A stretch of DNA of 64,000 nt from Escherichia phage UPWr_E1, in sequence record PP418985.1; one strand, written 5' to 3'. The position numbers and the translations under genes are program-made. Shown in pieces: positions 27,105 to 36,555 of the stretch (positions are counted from its first letter, which is position 1; every line of letters begins with the position of its first letter). The notes beneath the pieces were generated by a model, which ran no database searches, had not been told where the DNA came from, and saw only the letters and a program-made list of their open reading frames with translations.

Positions 27105-27467
27105 ATGATTGAAATTAATTTGATTAATCCTGAAAACTTCCTTAAAATTAAGGAGACTTTAACCCGCTGCGGCATTGCCAACAATCGAGACAAGACACTG
27201 TATCAGTCTTGTCATATTCTCCAGAAGAAGGGGCGCTATTACATCGTTCATTTCAAGGAGTTGTTGAAATTAGATGGTCGTAGTGTTAAGATGACGTGGG
27301 AAGATGAATTGCGCCGTAATAATATTGCAAAACTTCTTGCGCAGTGGAATCTATGCACCCTGATTGATAGTGATTTTGAAACTACAGAAGTTAATAATTT
27401 CCGTGTACTGTCTTTTAAACAGAAAGAAGAGTGGACGCTGATCGAGAAATATCAGATCGGGCGATAA
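27105..27467 (+). CDS. regA: translational repressor RegA
   Basis: 120 aa; ETLTR.GIANN.DK.LYQSCHILQKKG.YYIVHFKE as in remembered T4 RegA. Confidence 0.9.
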   Translation: MIEINLINPENFLKIKETLTRCGIANNRDKTLYQSCHILQKKGRYYIVHFKELLKLDGRSVKMTWEDELRRNNIAKLLAQWNLCTLIDSDFETTEVNNFRVLSFKQKEEWTLIEKYQIGR

Positions 27468-27481
27468 GATACTGATGGGAT

Positions 27482-27517
27482 AGGGGTATTGACAAACTAA
27501 GTCGATTCCCCTATAAT
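27482..27517 (+). promoter_or_regulatory. sigma70-type promoter upstream of gene 43
   Basis: TTGACA 27489-27494; TATAAT 27512-27517; weak 5-bp stem AGGGG 27482-27486 / CCCCT 27508-27512 around the -35. Confidence 0.65.
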
Positions 27518-27549
27518 GAGTGTCTTTCGTAAGTGAAGGAGTTTATATT

Positions 27550-30228
27550 ATGTATTTTCTGTCATGTGAGCGAGTAGGTGATAAGATCTACGAGCGTTAT
27601 ATTGATGATGCTGGACAAGAACAAGAGCGTTACGTTGAATATACGCCAACTTTATTTCATCATGCCGCGCCTGGTATGGTTACAAATTATAAAGATATCT
27701 ATGGCAAGCCTTGCATTGCTAAAAAATTCCCATCTATGAACGAGGCCAACAAATGGCGTAAAAAGATGGGGGAAATGGGGCAAGAGGCACTAGGGATGGA
27801 TGATTTTATCATCTCCTATCTGTCCGATACGTATAAAGGAGAGATTCGATATGACCGAAATAAAATCCGTGTAGCATGGGTTGATATTGAGGTCACTGCC
27901 CCAGAATTTCCTAAACCAGAAGAAGCGAAATATCCTATCGATGCAATTACGCATTATGATTCCGTACATGATCGTTTCTTTGTATTTGATTTGAAAGGAA
28001 AAAACGGTGAATCTTGGGAAGCAAGCAAGTCTATTCTTCGCCCAGATATTGTAGAACGTGTTGTTTATAACGTCTATGATACAGAAGATGAATTGCTGTT
28101 AGAATACATCCGATTCTTTGAGGAAAACCGACCCGTTGGTTTCACTGGCTGGAACACAGAAACATTCGATATTCCATATATCATTAAACGTATCAGTAAT
28201 AAGTTCGGAAGTAGAACCGCTAACCGTCTAAGCCCGTGCGGTAAGATTAAATCCCGAATCTCACAGGATGATTTTGGCAACGAGCGTGAAGCATTTACGA
28301 TCATGGGGATCGAAAGCCTTGACTACATTGACTTATACAAGAAATTTAGCTTTACGACTCAACCAACATATGCATTAGATTATGTTGCTGAATATGAGAC
28401 AGGAATCGGTAAGGTTGATTATGATGGTCCGTTAAAGAAATTGCGTGATGACAACCATCAACTTTACATCGATTATAACATCGGCGACGTTGATCGTGTG
28501 CTGGCGATTGATAAAAAGCGTGGATTTATCGATCTTGTGTATAGTCTATGTTTCTATGCAAAGATTAAATTTAACCATGTTTATAACCCGATGAAAGTGT
28601 GGGATGCTATTATCTTCGGATCTCTGAAAGCTGAGGGTAAAGTAGTACCGGAAAATAAGATACAGCCTAAGCAGACATATCCTGGCGCATTCGTAAAAGA
28701 GCCAGTGCCTAATGCTTACCGTTGGATGATGAGCTTTGACTTAACAAGTCTGTATCCATCTATTATTCGACAGGTTAATATTTCGCCTGAAACAATCGCT
28801 GGATCTTTTGATGCTGCACCGATGCACGAGTATATCAATAAAACTGCACCACGTCCGAGTGATGAGTATTCTTGCTCGCCTAACGGATGGATGTATCGAA
28901 AAGATATTCATGGTATCGTACCGATTGAGATTAAAAAGGTATTCGATCAGCGTAAGCAGTACAAAAACATGATGTTGGCGTGTGATCGCAATGCTGAACT
29001 CTGTAAAGCGATTCTACACGATGAAAATCATGTTTATGGGGGAACCATTAGCTATAGCGTTGAAGTGCGTCACGACTTCGATGAAGCGTTTAAATCTATG
29101 CTTTCGGAATTAAGCAAAGATGCCTTAGAGAAATTGCTGGAAGAATGTAAAGACGAGTCGATCTTGTGCAATACAAACCAGCTTTCTCGAAAAGTTTTGA
29201 TCAACTCCCTTTATGGTGCGTTGGGGAATCCTAAATTCCGTTTTTATGATCTCCGTAACGCTAGTGCGATCACACTGTTCGGTCAGCTTGCAATTCAGTG
29301 GATTGAGCGTAAGATTAACGAATACTTAAACGAGCTTTGCGGAACAACCGATTTTGCATATGTTCGTTATTGTGATACTGACTCCGTTTATGTGCTGGTT
29401 AACAATGTTGTTGATAAGGTTGGCGGGGAAGATCGTTTCGACGATACCGAAAAACTTGTTGACTTCCTTGATAATTTCGGTAAACATCGAATGGAACCTA
29501 TTATCGACAAGGGATATCGCGAGTTATGCGAGTACATGAACAACTACGAGCACTTGATGTTTATGGACCGTGAGGCAATTGCTGGTCCTCCGTTGAAATC
29601 TGCGGGTATCGGTGGATTCTGGACTGGTAAAAAGCGTTATGCTCTTAATGTTTGGGATATGGAAGGAACGCGCTTTGCTGAACCTAAGCTAAAAATCATG
29701 GGCTTGGAAACGCAACGTAGCTCCACCCCTAAAGCATGTCAGAAATCACTGAAAGAATGTATTCGCCGTATGTTGCAGGAAGGGGAAGAATCGCTACAGG
29801 AATACTACGGTATTTTTGAGCAAGAATTTAGAAAACTTGACTATCTTGAGGTTGCTGCGGTATCATCTGCAAACAACCTACAGAAATACAGCGATTCAAA
29901 CGGGTATCCGATTAAGGGGTGTCCGTATGCGGTTAAGAGTGTGTTGTGTTATAATCGTAATGCTCGAAAATTCGGACTAGATCCGATTCGTGAAGGCGAG
30001 AAGGTTATGATTGTACCGCTTAAAGATCGAAATCCGTTTGGAGAAATCTGTTTTGGTTGGTTGTCCGGTACTCGTATTCCTCCAGAAATTGAATCAGAGG
30101 TGTTAAAGTGGTTAGACTGGCCTTTGTTGTTTAATAAGACTTTCGTCAAACCACTGGAGAACATTACCACGGCTGCAAAGCTGCAATATGAAAAAGTGGC
30201 ATCTCTTACAGACCTGTTTGACATTTAA
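27550..30228 (+). CDS. 43: DNA polymerase gp43 (family B, with 3'-5' exonuclease)
   Basis: About 892 aa; exo motif region, SLYPSII (pol motif A), DTDS (motif C); colinear with remembered T4 gp43; ATG 27550 after GTGAAGGAG; no intein or intron. Confidence 0.95.
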   Translation: MYFLSCERVGDKIYERYIDDAGQEQERYVEYTPTLFHHAAPGMVTNYKDIYGKPCIAKKFPSMNEANKWRKKMGEMGQEALGMDDFIISYLSDTYKGEIRYDRNKIRVAWVDIEVTAPEFPKPEEAKYPIDAITHYDSVHDRFFVFDLKGKNGESWEASKSILRPDIVERVVYNVYDTEDELLLEYIRFFEENRPVGFTGWNTETFDIPYIIKRISNKFGSRTANRLSPCGKIKSRISQDDFGNEREAFTIMGIESLDYIDLYKKFSFTTQPTYALDYVAEYETGIGKVDYDGPLKKLRDDNHQLYIDYNIGDVDRVLAIDKKRGFIDLVYSLCFYAKIKFNHVYNPMKVWDAIIFGSLKAEGKVVPENKIQPKQTYPGAFVKEPVPNAYRWMMSFDLTSLYPSIIRQVNISPETIAGSFDAAPMHEYINKTAPRPSDEYSCSPNGWMYRKDIHGIVPIEIKKVFDQRKQYKNMMLACDRNAELCKAILHDENHVYGGTISYSVEVRHDFDEAFKSMLSELSKDALEKLLEECKDESILCNTNQLSRKVLINSLYGALGNPKFRFYDLRNASAITLFGQLAIQWIERKINEYLNELCGTTDFAYVRYCDTDSVYVLVNNVVDKVGGEDRFDDTEKLVDFLDNFGKHRMEPIIDKGYRELCEYMNNYEHLMFMDREAIAGPPLKSAGIGGFWTGKKRYALNVWDMEGTRFAEPKLKIMGLETQRSSTPKACQKSLKECIRRMLQEGEESLQEYYGIFEQEFRKLDYLEVAAVSSANNLQKYSDSNGYPIKGCPYAVKSVLCYNRNARKFGLDPIREGEKVMIVPLKDRNPFGEICFGWLSGTRIPPEIESEVLKWLDWPLLFNKTFVKPLENITTAAKLQYEKVASLTDLFDI

Positions 30229-30245
30229 GATAAAGTGTGTATAAT
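30218..30245 (+). promoter_or_regulatory. sigma70-type promoter overlapping the stop of gene 43
   Basis: TTGACA 30218-30223; TATAAT 30240-30245 (16-nt spacer). Confidence 0.65.
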
Positions 30246-30272
30246 GGCGGGTGTTGGGTGACGATACCCGCC
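30246..30272 (+). other. 5'-leader hairpin downstream of promoter 30218-30245
   Basis: GGCGGGT 30246-30252 / ACCCGCC 30266-30272, 13-nt loop. Confidence 0.5.
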
Positions 30273-30289
30273 AACGTGAGAAATATACT

Positions 30290-30478
30290 ATGAGAGACAT
30301 TGAAAAGATTAAACGTGAACGTGAGGAAGGCATAGAGCATTTCAAGAAAGTTCACGGAAATCACAGCAACGAAGTATTTGTGACGATCGATGTTGGTGCG
30401 ATGAAAAAGTTAATTCAAGAGCACTACAAAGATCGAATAACAATGAAGCAATTAAAGTATTACGGATTAACTGAATAG
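30290..30478 (+). CDS. hypothetical protein (62 aa)
   Basis: Promoter 30218-30245 overlaps gene 43 stop; 5'-UTR hairpin 30246-30272; ATG 30290. Confidence 0.5.
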   Translation: MRDIEKIKREREEGIEHFKKVHGNHSNEVFVTIDVGAMKKLIQEHYKDRITMKQLKYYGLTE

Positions 30479-30489
30479 AGGTATTAATA

Positions 30490-31560
30490 ATGTCTGTACT
30501 GGAAAAACTGAAAAAGAACTCTACCCTGAAAACTACTGCGGTACTGTCTAAATCCAGCTTCTTTAACGAAAAAACAAATACTCGCACTAAGATCCCGATG
30601 CTGAATATTGCGTTTTCTGGCGATCTTAAAAAAGGCTTTCAATCTGGTCTGATTTTCTTTGCTGGTCCGTCTAAGCACTTTAAATCAAACATGGGATTAA
30701 CTTGTGTTAGTGCATACATGAAACAGAATCCCGATGCGGCTTGTTTGTTCTTTGATTCTGAGTTCGGTATTACTTCCGCATATCTGGAATCTATGGGTGT
30801 AGATCCTGATCGCGTGGTGCATGTTCCAATCAAGAACATCGAAGAACTTAAATTTGAAATTATGAACCAGCTTGAGCAAATTACCCGCGAAGATAAAGTG
30901 ATTATCTTTATCGACTCAATCGGTAACTTGGCAAGTAAAAAAGAAGTTGAAGACGCGATTAATGAGAAATCCGCACAGGATATGACGCGAGCTAAAGCAC
31001 TTAAAGGCTTGTTCCGTATGGTTACGCCGTATCTGACTATGAATGATATCCCGTGCATCGCTATTAACCACACTTACGAAACGCAAGAAATGTTTAGTAA
31101 GACCGTTATGTCCGGCGGTACGGGCGCGATGTATTCAGCCAATGAAGTTTTCATTATTGGTCGTCGTCAGCAGAAAGAAGGAACCGAAATTACTGGTTAT
31201 GATTTTATTCTGAATGCGGAAAAATCACGAACCGTTAAAGAAAAATCTAAGTTCCCGATTAGCGTAACATTTAGCGGTGGCATCGATCCTTATTCCGGTT
31301 TGCTGGAGTTGGCTGTAGAGTTAGGCTGGGTAGTGAAACCGTCAAACGGCTGGTATTCTCGTTCAATCCTGAATACTGAGACCGGAGAGATGGAAACCGA
31401 AGAACGCAAGTTCCGTGCTAAAGAAACCAATAGCATTGAGTTCTGGAAACCACTTCTGACAAACGATAAGTTTAACGAAGCAATCAACGATCATTATAAG
31501 CTGGGGCAAGTGATCAGCGACGAAGCAGTTGACAAAGAAATCGAAGATATGTTAGCATAA
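30490..31560 (+). CDS. uvsX: recombinase UvsX (RecA-like)
   Basis: 356 aa; GPSKHFKSN Walker A, CIAINHTYETQEMFSKTVM; colinear with remembered T4 UvsX. Confidence 0.92.
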   Translation: MSVLEKLKKNSTLKTTAVLSKSSFFNEKTNTRTKIPMLNIAFSGDLKKGFQSGLIFFAGPSKHFKSNMGLTCVSAYMKQNPDAACLFFDSEFGITSAYLESMGVDPDRVVHVPIKNIEELKFEIMNQLEQITREDKVIIFIDSIGNLASKKEVEDAINEKSAQDMTRAKALKGLFRMVTPYLTMNDIPCIAINHTYETQEMFSKTVMSGGTGAMYSANEVFIIGRRQQKEGTEITGYDFILNAEKSRTVKEKSKFPISVTFSGGIDPYSGLLELAVELGWVVKPSNGWYSRSILNTETGEMETEERKFRAKETNSIEFWKPLLTNDKFNEAINDHYKLGQVISDEAVDKEIEDMLA

Positions 31561-31572
31561 CAATGGTAGTAA

Positions 31573-31595
31573 AGGGGCTACGTGCCCCTTTTTCA
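31573..31595 (+). terminator. intrinsic terminator after uvsX
   Basis: GGGGC-tacgt-GCCCC then TTTTT. Confidence 0.75.
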
Positions 31596-31615
31596 TATCT
31601 AGAGAGGATTATATT

Positions 31616-31933
31616 ATGGATAAGAAACCAACAAGTTTAGAAGAAGCACACGGCTTGATTCAAGAAGCAATGAAGACAGTTATTCAGGAACTGATAATTG
31701 TTGATGAAGAGGGAGAGCATCATATTGTCTATATTCATAATGTTGAATACGATCCAGACACTAAAGGTATTGTGGTCGACTACTCCACGCCGTCAGATCG
31801 TGATGTGGTATATCCTCACGTCATTAAGGCGTTAACAGCGCAGATCAAAGAAGCAGAAGAAAAGTTGAAAAAAGAAACTTTCTGGTATAAACTCAAGACC
31901 TTTGTTATGCGTGTAGTTGGGGGCTATGTATGA
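31616..31933 (+). CDS. hypothetical protein in gene 40 position (105 aa)
   Basis: ATG 31616 after AGAGGATTATATT; terminator 31573-31595 upstream; positional only. Confidence 0.5.
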   Translation: MDKKPTSLEEAHGLIQEAMKTVIQELIIVDEEGEHHIVYIHNVEYDPDTKGIVVDYSTPSDRDVVYPHVIKALTAQIKEAEEKLKKETFWYKLKTFVMRVVGGYV

Positions 31934-33342
31934 TTAAAACTATCTTTTCACAGTTGATTTACAATGGCGCATTCTTTACGAATGTATGGCCTCACCTTAA
32001 AGCGGACTACTTCACCGAAGACGAAGAAAAACTGATTTATAAGCTGATTAAAAAGCACGTAGACGAATATTCCAATATTCCTACGCCAACTGCATTACAG
32101 ATTGCTTTAGACAAGGAGAGAGGCAATCAGACAACATATGAAGGGGCTAAAACTCTTCTTGATTCGCTTGAGAATACACCGGAAGACCTTGATTGGTTAA
32201 TGAAGGAAACCGAAAAATTTATTCGTGACCGTGCCATGTATAATGCAATGTCACGGGCGCTAGAGATTCAAGCGAACGCACAACTACCAAAAGAGAAACA
32301 GAATAAGAAATTGCCTGGCGAGGGAGCTATTCCTGAGATCATGCAGGAAGCACTATCCATTACGTTTGATTCTGATGTAGGTCATGACTGGTTTAATGAC
32401 TTTGAAAAACGATTCTTGCTATATCAGACTAAGGCGAATAAGATCCCGTTTAAGCTGCCGATGTTGAATAAAATCACGAAAGGTGGGGCAGAGAAAAAGA
32501 CATTGAATGTTTTACTCGCTGGTGTAAACGTTGGCAAATCATTGGGTTTGTGTTCTCTTGCTGCGGACTATATGGAATGCGGTTATAATGTTCTGTATAT
32601 CTCAATGGAGATGGCAGAGCACGTAGTAGCAAAACGTATTGACGCAAATTTGCTTGACATTACCTTAGATGAATTGGATAATGGCAATGTTTCCTTTGCT
32701 GAATATTCCGCACGCATGAAACGTGTCAAGAATAAGAAAGCAGGAGAACGTCCAATCGGCAAGCTGATGATCAAGCAGTATCCGACTGGTGGCGCGAACT
32801 CCAACCACTTTGAGGCGTTAATGAATGAATTGCGACTCAAGAAACAGTTTAAACCTGATGTTGTGATTGTTGACTATCTGGGGATTTGCGCATCGTCTCG
32901 TTTGCGTGTATACTCTGAAAATAGTTACACACTAGTTAAAGCTATTGCGGAAGAATTGCGCGGATTTTTTGTTAAGTGGGATGTTGTTGGTTGGACTGCG
33001 GCACAGACTACCCGTGCTGGTTGGGACGCATCGGATCTTAACATGAGTGATACCGCTGAATCAGCAGGTCTTCCGGCTACAGCCGATTTTATGTTGGGTG
33101 TAATTGAAACCGAAGACCTTGCAAAAATGGGTGTTCAATTACTCAAGCAGATTAAATCTCGTTACGGTGATAAGAACTACTATTCACGGTTTAACGTTGG
33201 TGTGAAAAAAGGAAATCAGCGTTGGTATGAAGTTCCAAACCAGATCGCAGATCAGGAGAATGCACAAGTTAAACCACAAAGCGCACAGCAAGCAGAGAAA
33301 CGAGAAAAACTCGACGAGCTAGCAAATAACATGACTTTCTAA
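31930..33342 (+). CDS. 41: replicative DNA helicase gp41 (DnaB-like)
   Basis: 470 aa; Walker A GVNVGKS in C-terminal RecA-like domain; position after uvsX. Confidence 0.9.
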   Translation: MIKTIFSQLIYNGAFFTNVWPHLKADYFTEDEEKLIYKLIKKHVDEYSNIPTPTALQIALDKERGNQTTYEGAKTLLDSLENTPEDLDWLMKETEKFIRDRAMYNAMSRALEIQANAQLPKEKQNKKLPGEGAIPEIMQEALSITFDSDVGHDWFNDFEKRFLLYQTKANKIPFKLPMLNKITKGGAEKKTLNVLLAGVNVGKSLGLCSLAADYMECGYNVLYISMEMAEHVVAKRIDANLLDITLDELDNGNVSFAEYSARMKRVKNKKAGERPIGKLMIKQYPTGGANSNHFEALMNELRLKKQFKPDVVIVDYLGICASSRLRVYSENSYTLVKAIAEELRGFFVKWDVVGWTAAQTTRAGWDASDLNMSDTAESAGLPATADFMLGVIETEDLAKMGVQLLKQIKSRYGDKNYYSRFNVGVKKGNQRWYEVPNQIADQENAQVKPQSAQQAEKREKLDELANNMTF

Positions 33343-33348
33343 TAAAAT

Positions 33349-33364
33349 GCGCCCTACGGGGCGC
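33349..33364 (+). other. intergenic hairpin after gene 41 (no T-run)
   Basis: GCGCCC-tacg-GGGCGC. Confidence 0.45.
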
Positions 33365-33392
33365 TGGTGAATGATTTGATAGGAGATATAAC

Positions 33393-34028
33393 ATGATCGC
33401 TAATGCTTTACCGCCAAAATGGATCGTAAGTCGTTTTTATACTCTAAAGGAAGGTAACGCGCCTGATGGTCGTCCGATCCGAGATCTGTTTCTGGAGATG
33501 ACTACAGCCGAAGCACAGTTTTATAATGATCTGACAGACGATAAGCCATTTCTCGTAAATTCGGTGGACCTTGATGGCAATGTCACATCAATCATCACAC
33601 ATGGTGGGGGAGTGAAAAATATTACTTCTCTGCGTGATCACGGTTGGGAAATTTCTTGTGTATTTCCTGCGGATGTACGCGGATTCTTTGATGAGGTATC
33701 TGATATTAAAGTAAATGCACTGGAACCATATGACGAGATCCCACCACTGAAAGAAGAAAAAGAGTTGACACCGGAAGATGTAGGTAGTACACTACACCCT
33801 GACCTATTTAAGAAGATTAGCGGTTTATGGACTGTTACCCTGTATCCAACCGTATTAGGTTTAGAATTGGGTATGCCAACTTATTCTGATATTGATAATT
33901 GGACTAAGCACATCGATAAAGATGTTGAAAAACAGCGAAACAATGCTAAAATGCAACTTAAAGAGAAACGCAAAGATCTTGAACGACAACTGAAAGAAAC
34001 AAAACATTTGCTTTCTACGTTCGCTTGA
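33393..34028 (+). CDS. repeat-domain family protein (divergent copy, 211 aa)
   Basis: PKWIVSRFYTL...DDKPFLV...DG.V...VRGFFDEV; ATG 33393 after AGGAGATATAAC. Confidence 0.55.
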   Translation: MIANALPPKWIVSRFYTLKEGNAPDGRPIRDLFLEMTTAEAQFYNDLTDDKPFLVNSVDLDGNVTSIITHGGGVKNITSLRDHGWEISCVFPADVRGFFDEVSDIKVNALEPYDEIPPLKEEKELTPEDVGSTLHPDLFKKISGLWTVTLYPTVLGLELGMPTYSDIDNWTKHIDKDVEKQRNNAKMQLKEKRKDLERQLKETKHLLSTFA

Positions 34029-34036
34029 CCTATAAT
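34007..34036 (+). promoter_or_regulatory. promoter-like element (TTGCTT -35 or MotA-box-like TTTGCTTTC, then TATAAT)
   Basis: TTGCTT 34007-34012; TATAAT 34031-34036; TTGACC 34025-34030 abuts the -10 with zero spacer. Confidence 0.4.
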
Positions 34037-34058
34037 GAAACTCTAAGGAGACTATATT

Positions 34059-34433
34059 ATGAAAAATATGATTACACCGGAAGATGTAGCATTTAAAACC
34101 GCAAATAACGGAGACATTCTTATCTTTATTAACGGTAAACATGCTGGTATGGTTGAACCGGAAGGACGCTGGGGAGTCGCCGAACTTTATGATGTGGCTG
34201 GTGTAGATCCGAAAACTGCAATTGTTTTTCTGGCGGATAAAGATCAAATGCGTCGAAAAATTTCTGCGCTCTATAATGAAGCAGTATATTTCTACGAACC
34301 GTTTCATCGTATTAAAACGATCTCCCGCGTGACTCGAAAAGACGTTAACGCTTGTGTTATCAAGATTGTAGAGAATCAGGATAAACTGACGAAAGACCAG
34401 ATTGTTGACTTACTGAAAGAGATTATTCTATGA
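34059..34433 (+). CDS. hypothetical protein (124 aa)
   Basis: Promoter-like TTGCTT...TATAAT 34007-34036; ATG 34059. Confidence 0.55.
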   Translation: MKNMITPEDVAFKTANNGDILIFINGKHAGMVEPEGRWGVAELYDVAGVDPKTAIVFLADKDQMRRKISALYNEAVYFYEPFHRIKTISRVTRKDVNACVIKIVENQDKLTKDQIVDLLKEIIL

Positions 34434-34606
34434 TTGGCTTTAAGCAGTTTGTTGAAGAAAATAAACTCAAAGAAGATATGACCGCTGGCGATGCTGGCGG
34501 CAATCCTGAGAAGATCGCAGCAGGGGAAACGAGCGGATCTATTACCAATCGTGGACCTAGCGTGGTGGGTAAAGAAAAACGCAAGAAGGAGAAAGACGGT
34601 GCTTAG
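34430..34606 (+). CDS. hypothetical small protein (58 aa, not in ORF track)
   Basis: ATG 34430 overlapping upstream stop; Gly/Lys-rich. Confidence 0.3.
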   Translation: MIGFKQFVEENKLKEDMTAGDAGGNPEKIAAGETSGSITNRGPSVVGKEKRKKEKDGA

Positions 34607-34757
34607 TATCATCATGTTTATCGTTGGCTTGCTGTCCGCTATTATCGGTGTTGTTGTTTTCGGATTATCTGGACACAAAACAAAAACAGAAAAGTTATCC
34701 GAGATCACAATGTATGTTGGTGTAGTTCTCATTTTGTTGTCGGTGGCGCTTAAATGA
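34599..34757 (+). CDS. hypothetical small membrane protein (about 52 aa, GTG start)
   Basis: GTG 34599 after AAGGAG; two hydrophobic helices; track ORF 34491-34757 has a long unlikely N-extension. Confidence 0.35.
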   Translation: MLSIIMFIVGLLSAIIGVVVFGLSGHKTKTEKLSEITMYVGVVLILLSVALK

Positions 34758-34957
34758 TTACGATGAAATGTCTTAAAAGCACATATGCACTTTTTGAAGC
34801 CGGAAAAGAATATGAATTTACAGAACTTGATCCGGTAGGCCGTTTTCGTGTATTCTCTTACACATCGCCAGATGGTAGTGTCTATAAATTTGGCTTAGAT
34901 GAAAACGGAGAGAATGAAAATGAAAGTGTAGGAACTTTCATGAAATTTGAGCTATAA
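34754..34957 (+). CDS. hypothetical protein (67 aa)
   Basis: ORF; ATGA overlap. Confidence 0.45.
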   Translation: MITMKCLKSTYALFEAGKEYEFTELDPVGRFRVFSYTSPDGSVYKFGLDENGENENESVGTFMKFEL

Positions 34958-34966
34958 GAGGTTATT

Positions 34967-35995
34967 ATGATTTACTACGCAGATTATGAAATAGCGGAAA
35001 AAGCCATATACGGCGAACGAAATTTTAAACGGTTGCATACTAGCTCATTTACGCTGGTCTGTAGTTGTCCGATCTGCGGTGACTCAAAGAAAAATCATAC
35101 TCAAGCGCGATTCCGTATCTATACCTATAAGGATAGTTTGCGTTGTGGCTGTTTCAACTGTAACTACAATCAGCCGTTAGGTGAATTTCTCAAACAGTAT
35201 AAGCCGGACCTATTCAGGGAATGGCTTATGGAGAGACGGAAGGAACAAGGCGACCACAAGAACACCACGTTCAAGCCACTGAAAAAGGTAGAAAAGCCGG
35301 AGATTAAGAAAGTGCAAACATTGCCTTTCTGTGAAAGATTAGATACTCTTCCGGCTAATCATCCTATAATAAAGTATGTCAGTGATCGTTGCATTCCCCA
35401 CGATAAATGGGATCTTCTGTATTTCACGAGAGAATGGCAAAAGGTAGCAAATCACATTAAGGCTGATACTTTTAAGAATCCGCAACCTGAACCGCGTTTA
35501 GTGATTCCTATCTTTAACCGTGAGAACAAGATAGAATCCATTCAGGGGCGAGCATTGAGAAAGGATTACGGAAAGACCAAATATATGACGATTAAAACTC
35601 ACGAGTTAGCGAGTAAGGTCTATGGTCTTGAACGCGCCGATCCGAGAAAGCCAGTGTATTTCTTAGAAGGTCCGATCGATTCATTGTTTATTGATAACGG
35701 GTGTGCAATTACTGGCGGTACTTTGGGATTAGATGAAATCCCTTTCCCAGACCAGCGAGTGTTTGTACTTGATGCGGAACCACGGTCAGCCGATACAATG
35801 CACCGACTGGAAAAGTTTATCAATGCAGGGGAAAAGATTGTTTTGTGGGATCGTTGTCCGTGGCATTCTAAAGACGTTAACGCCATGATTCAGGACGAGG
35901 GCGCTACACGCGACCAGATCATGGAATATATCAAAGAGAACACCGTACAAGGTCTGATGGCTAAAATGCGGTTTATGAAATATTGTAAATTTTAA
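34967..35995 (+). CDS. 61: DNA primase gp61
   Basis: 342 aa (T4 gp61 is about 342 aa); N-terminal zinc ribbon CPICGDSKKN...C..C; position after 41. Confidence 0.85.
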   Translation: MIYYADYEIAEKAIYGERNFKRLHTSSFTLVCSCPICGDSKKNHTQARFRIYTYKDSLRCGCFNCNYNQPLGEFLKQYKPDLFREWLMERRKEQGDHKNTTFKPLKKVEKPEIKKVQTLPFCERLDTLPANHPIIKYVSDRCIPHDKWDLLYFTREWQKVANHIKADTFKNPQPEPRLVIPIFNRENKIESIQGRALRKDYGKTKYMTIKTHELASKVYGLERADPRKPVYFLEGPIDSLFIDNGCAITGGTLGLDEIPFPDQRVFVLDAEPRSADTMHRLEKFINAGEKIVLWDRCPWHSKDVNAMIQDEGATRDQIMEYIKENTVQGLMAKMRFMKYCKF

Positions 35996-36009
35996 TTAAT
36001 GAGGTGAAT

Positions 36010-36528
36010 ATGTCAGAATTTAATTCTTGTGCTGGTCTGGTTAACGAAAAAGATATTAACGCGGCTATCGCCGCATATCATCACGCGATTGCAGAAGGTA
36101 AAGATCCGTTTCAGGTGATGCTAGAAATGCAAACTGGTTTGCAGGTTGCATTATCCGAAAAATTTGATTGGGTCCCAAATCCAACTAAGCTAGAGACTTG
36201 CGGTGAAATGCTGGATTGGATGCAACGGATGGATGACGCTATCGCAGACGAAACACGAGAGCTTTACACATCGCTGGGTGGAATGTCCAATGGTAAAGAT
36301 GCAAGTGCAATCTGGAAAATGTGGAAAAAGAACCACGGGGAAGCGCGAGCGCGTAAATTCTCTGAACTGTCACCAGAAGATCAGCTTGAAGTGAAATTTG
36401 AATTTGTGGACGCGATCCACTTCATTCTGTCAAAGATGATCCCGCTGGGTATTGACGCTCAAGAACTCTTTATTCTGTACTATCTGAAAAATGCTGAAAA
36501 CTTCGCCCGTCAAGAACGCGGCTACTAA
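36010..36528 (+). CDS. 56: dCTP pyrophosphatase gp56 (MazG-like)
   Basis: Colinear with remembered T4 gp56 (KDPFQVMLEMQ, SPEDQLEVKFEFVD, LYYLKNAENFARQERGY); ATG 36010. Confidence 0.88.
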   Translation: MSEFNSCAGLVNEKDINAAIAAYHHAIAEGKDPFQVMLEMQTGLQVALSEKFDWVPNPTKLETCGEMLDWMQRMDDAIADETRELYTSLGGMSNGKDASAIWKMWKKNHGEARARKFSELSPEDQLEVKFEFVDAIHFILSKMIPLGIDAQELFILYYLKNAENFARQERGY

Positions 36529-36555
36529 AAATTAGTTGACCCTACTCTATAATGG

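Noticed and set aside
31526-31560. TTGACA near the end of uvsX
   Set aside because: No acceptable -10 at 16-18 nt; followed immediately by a terminator.
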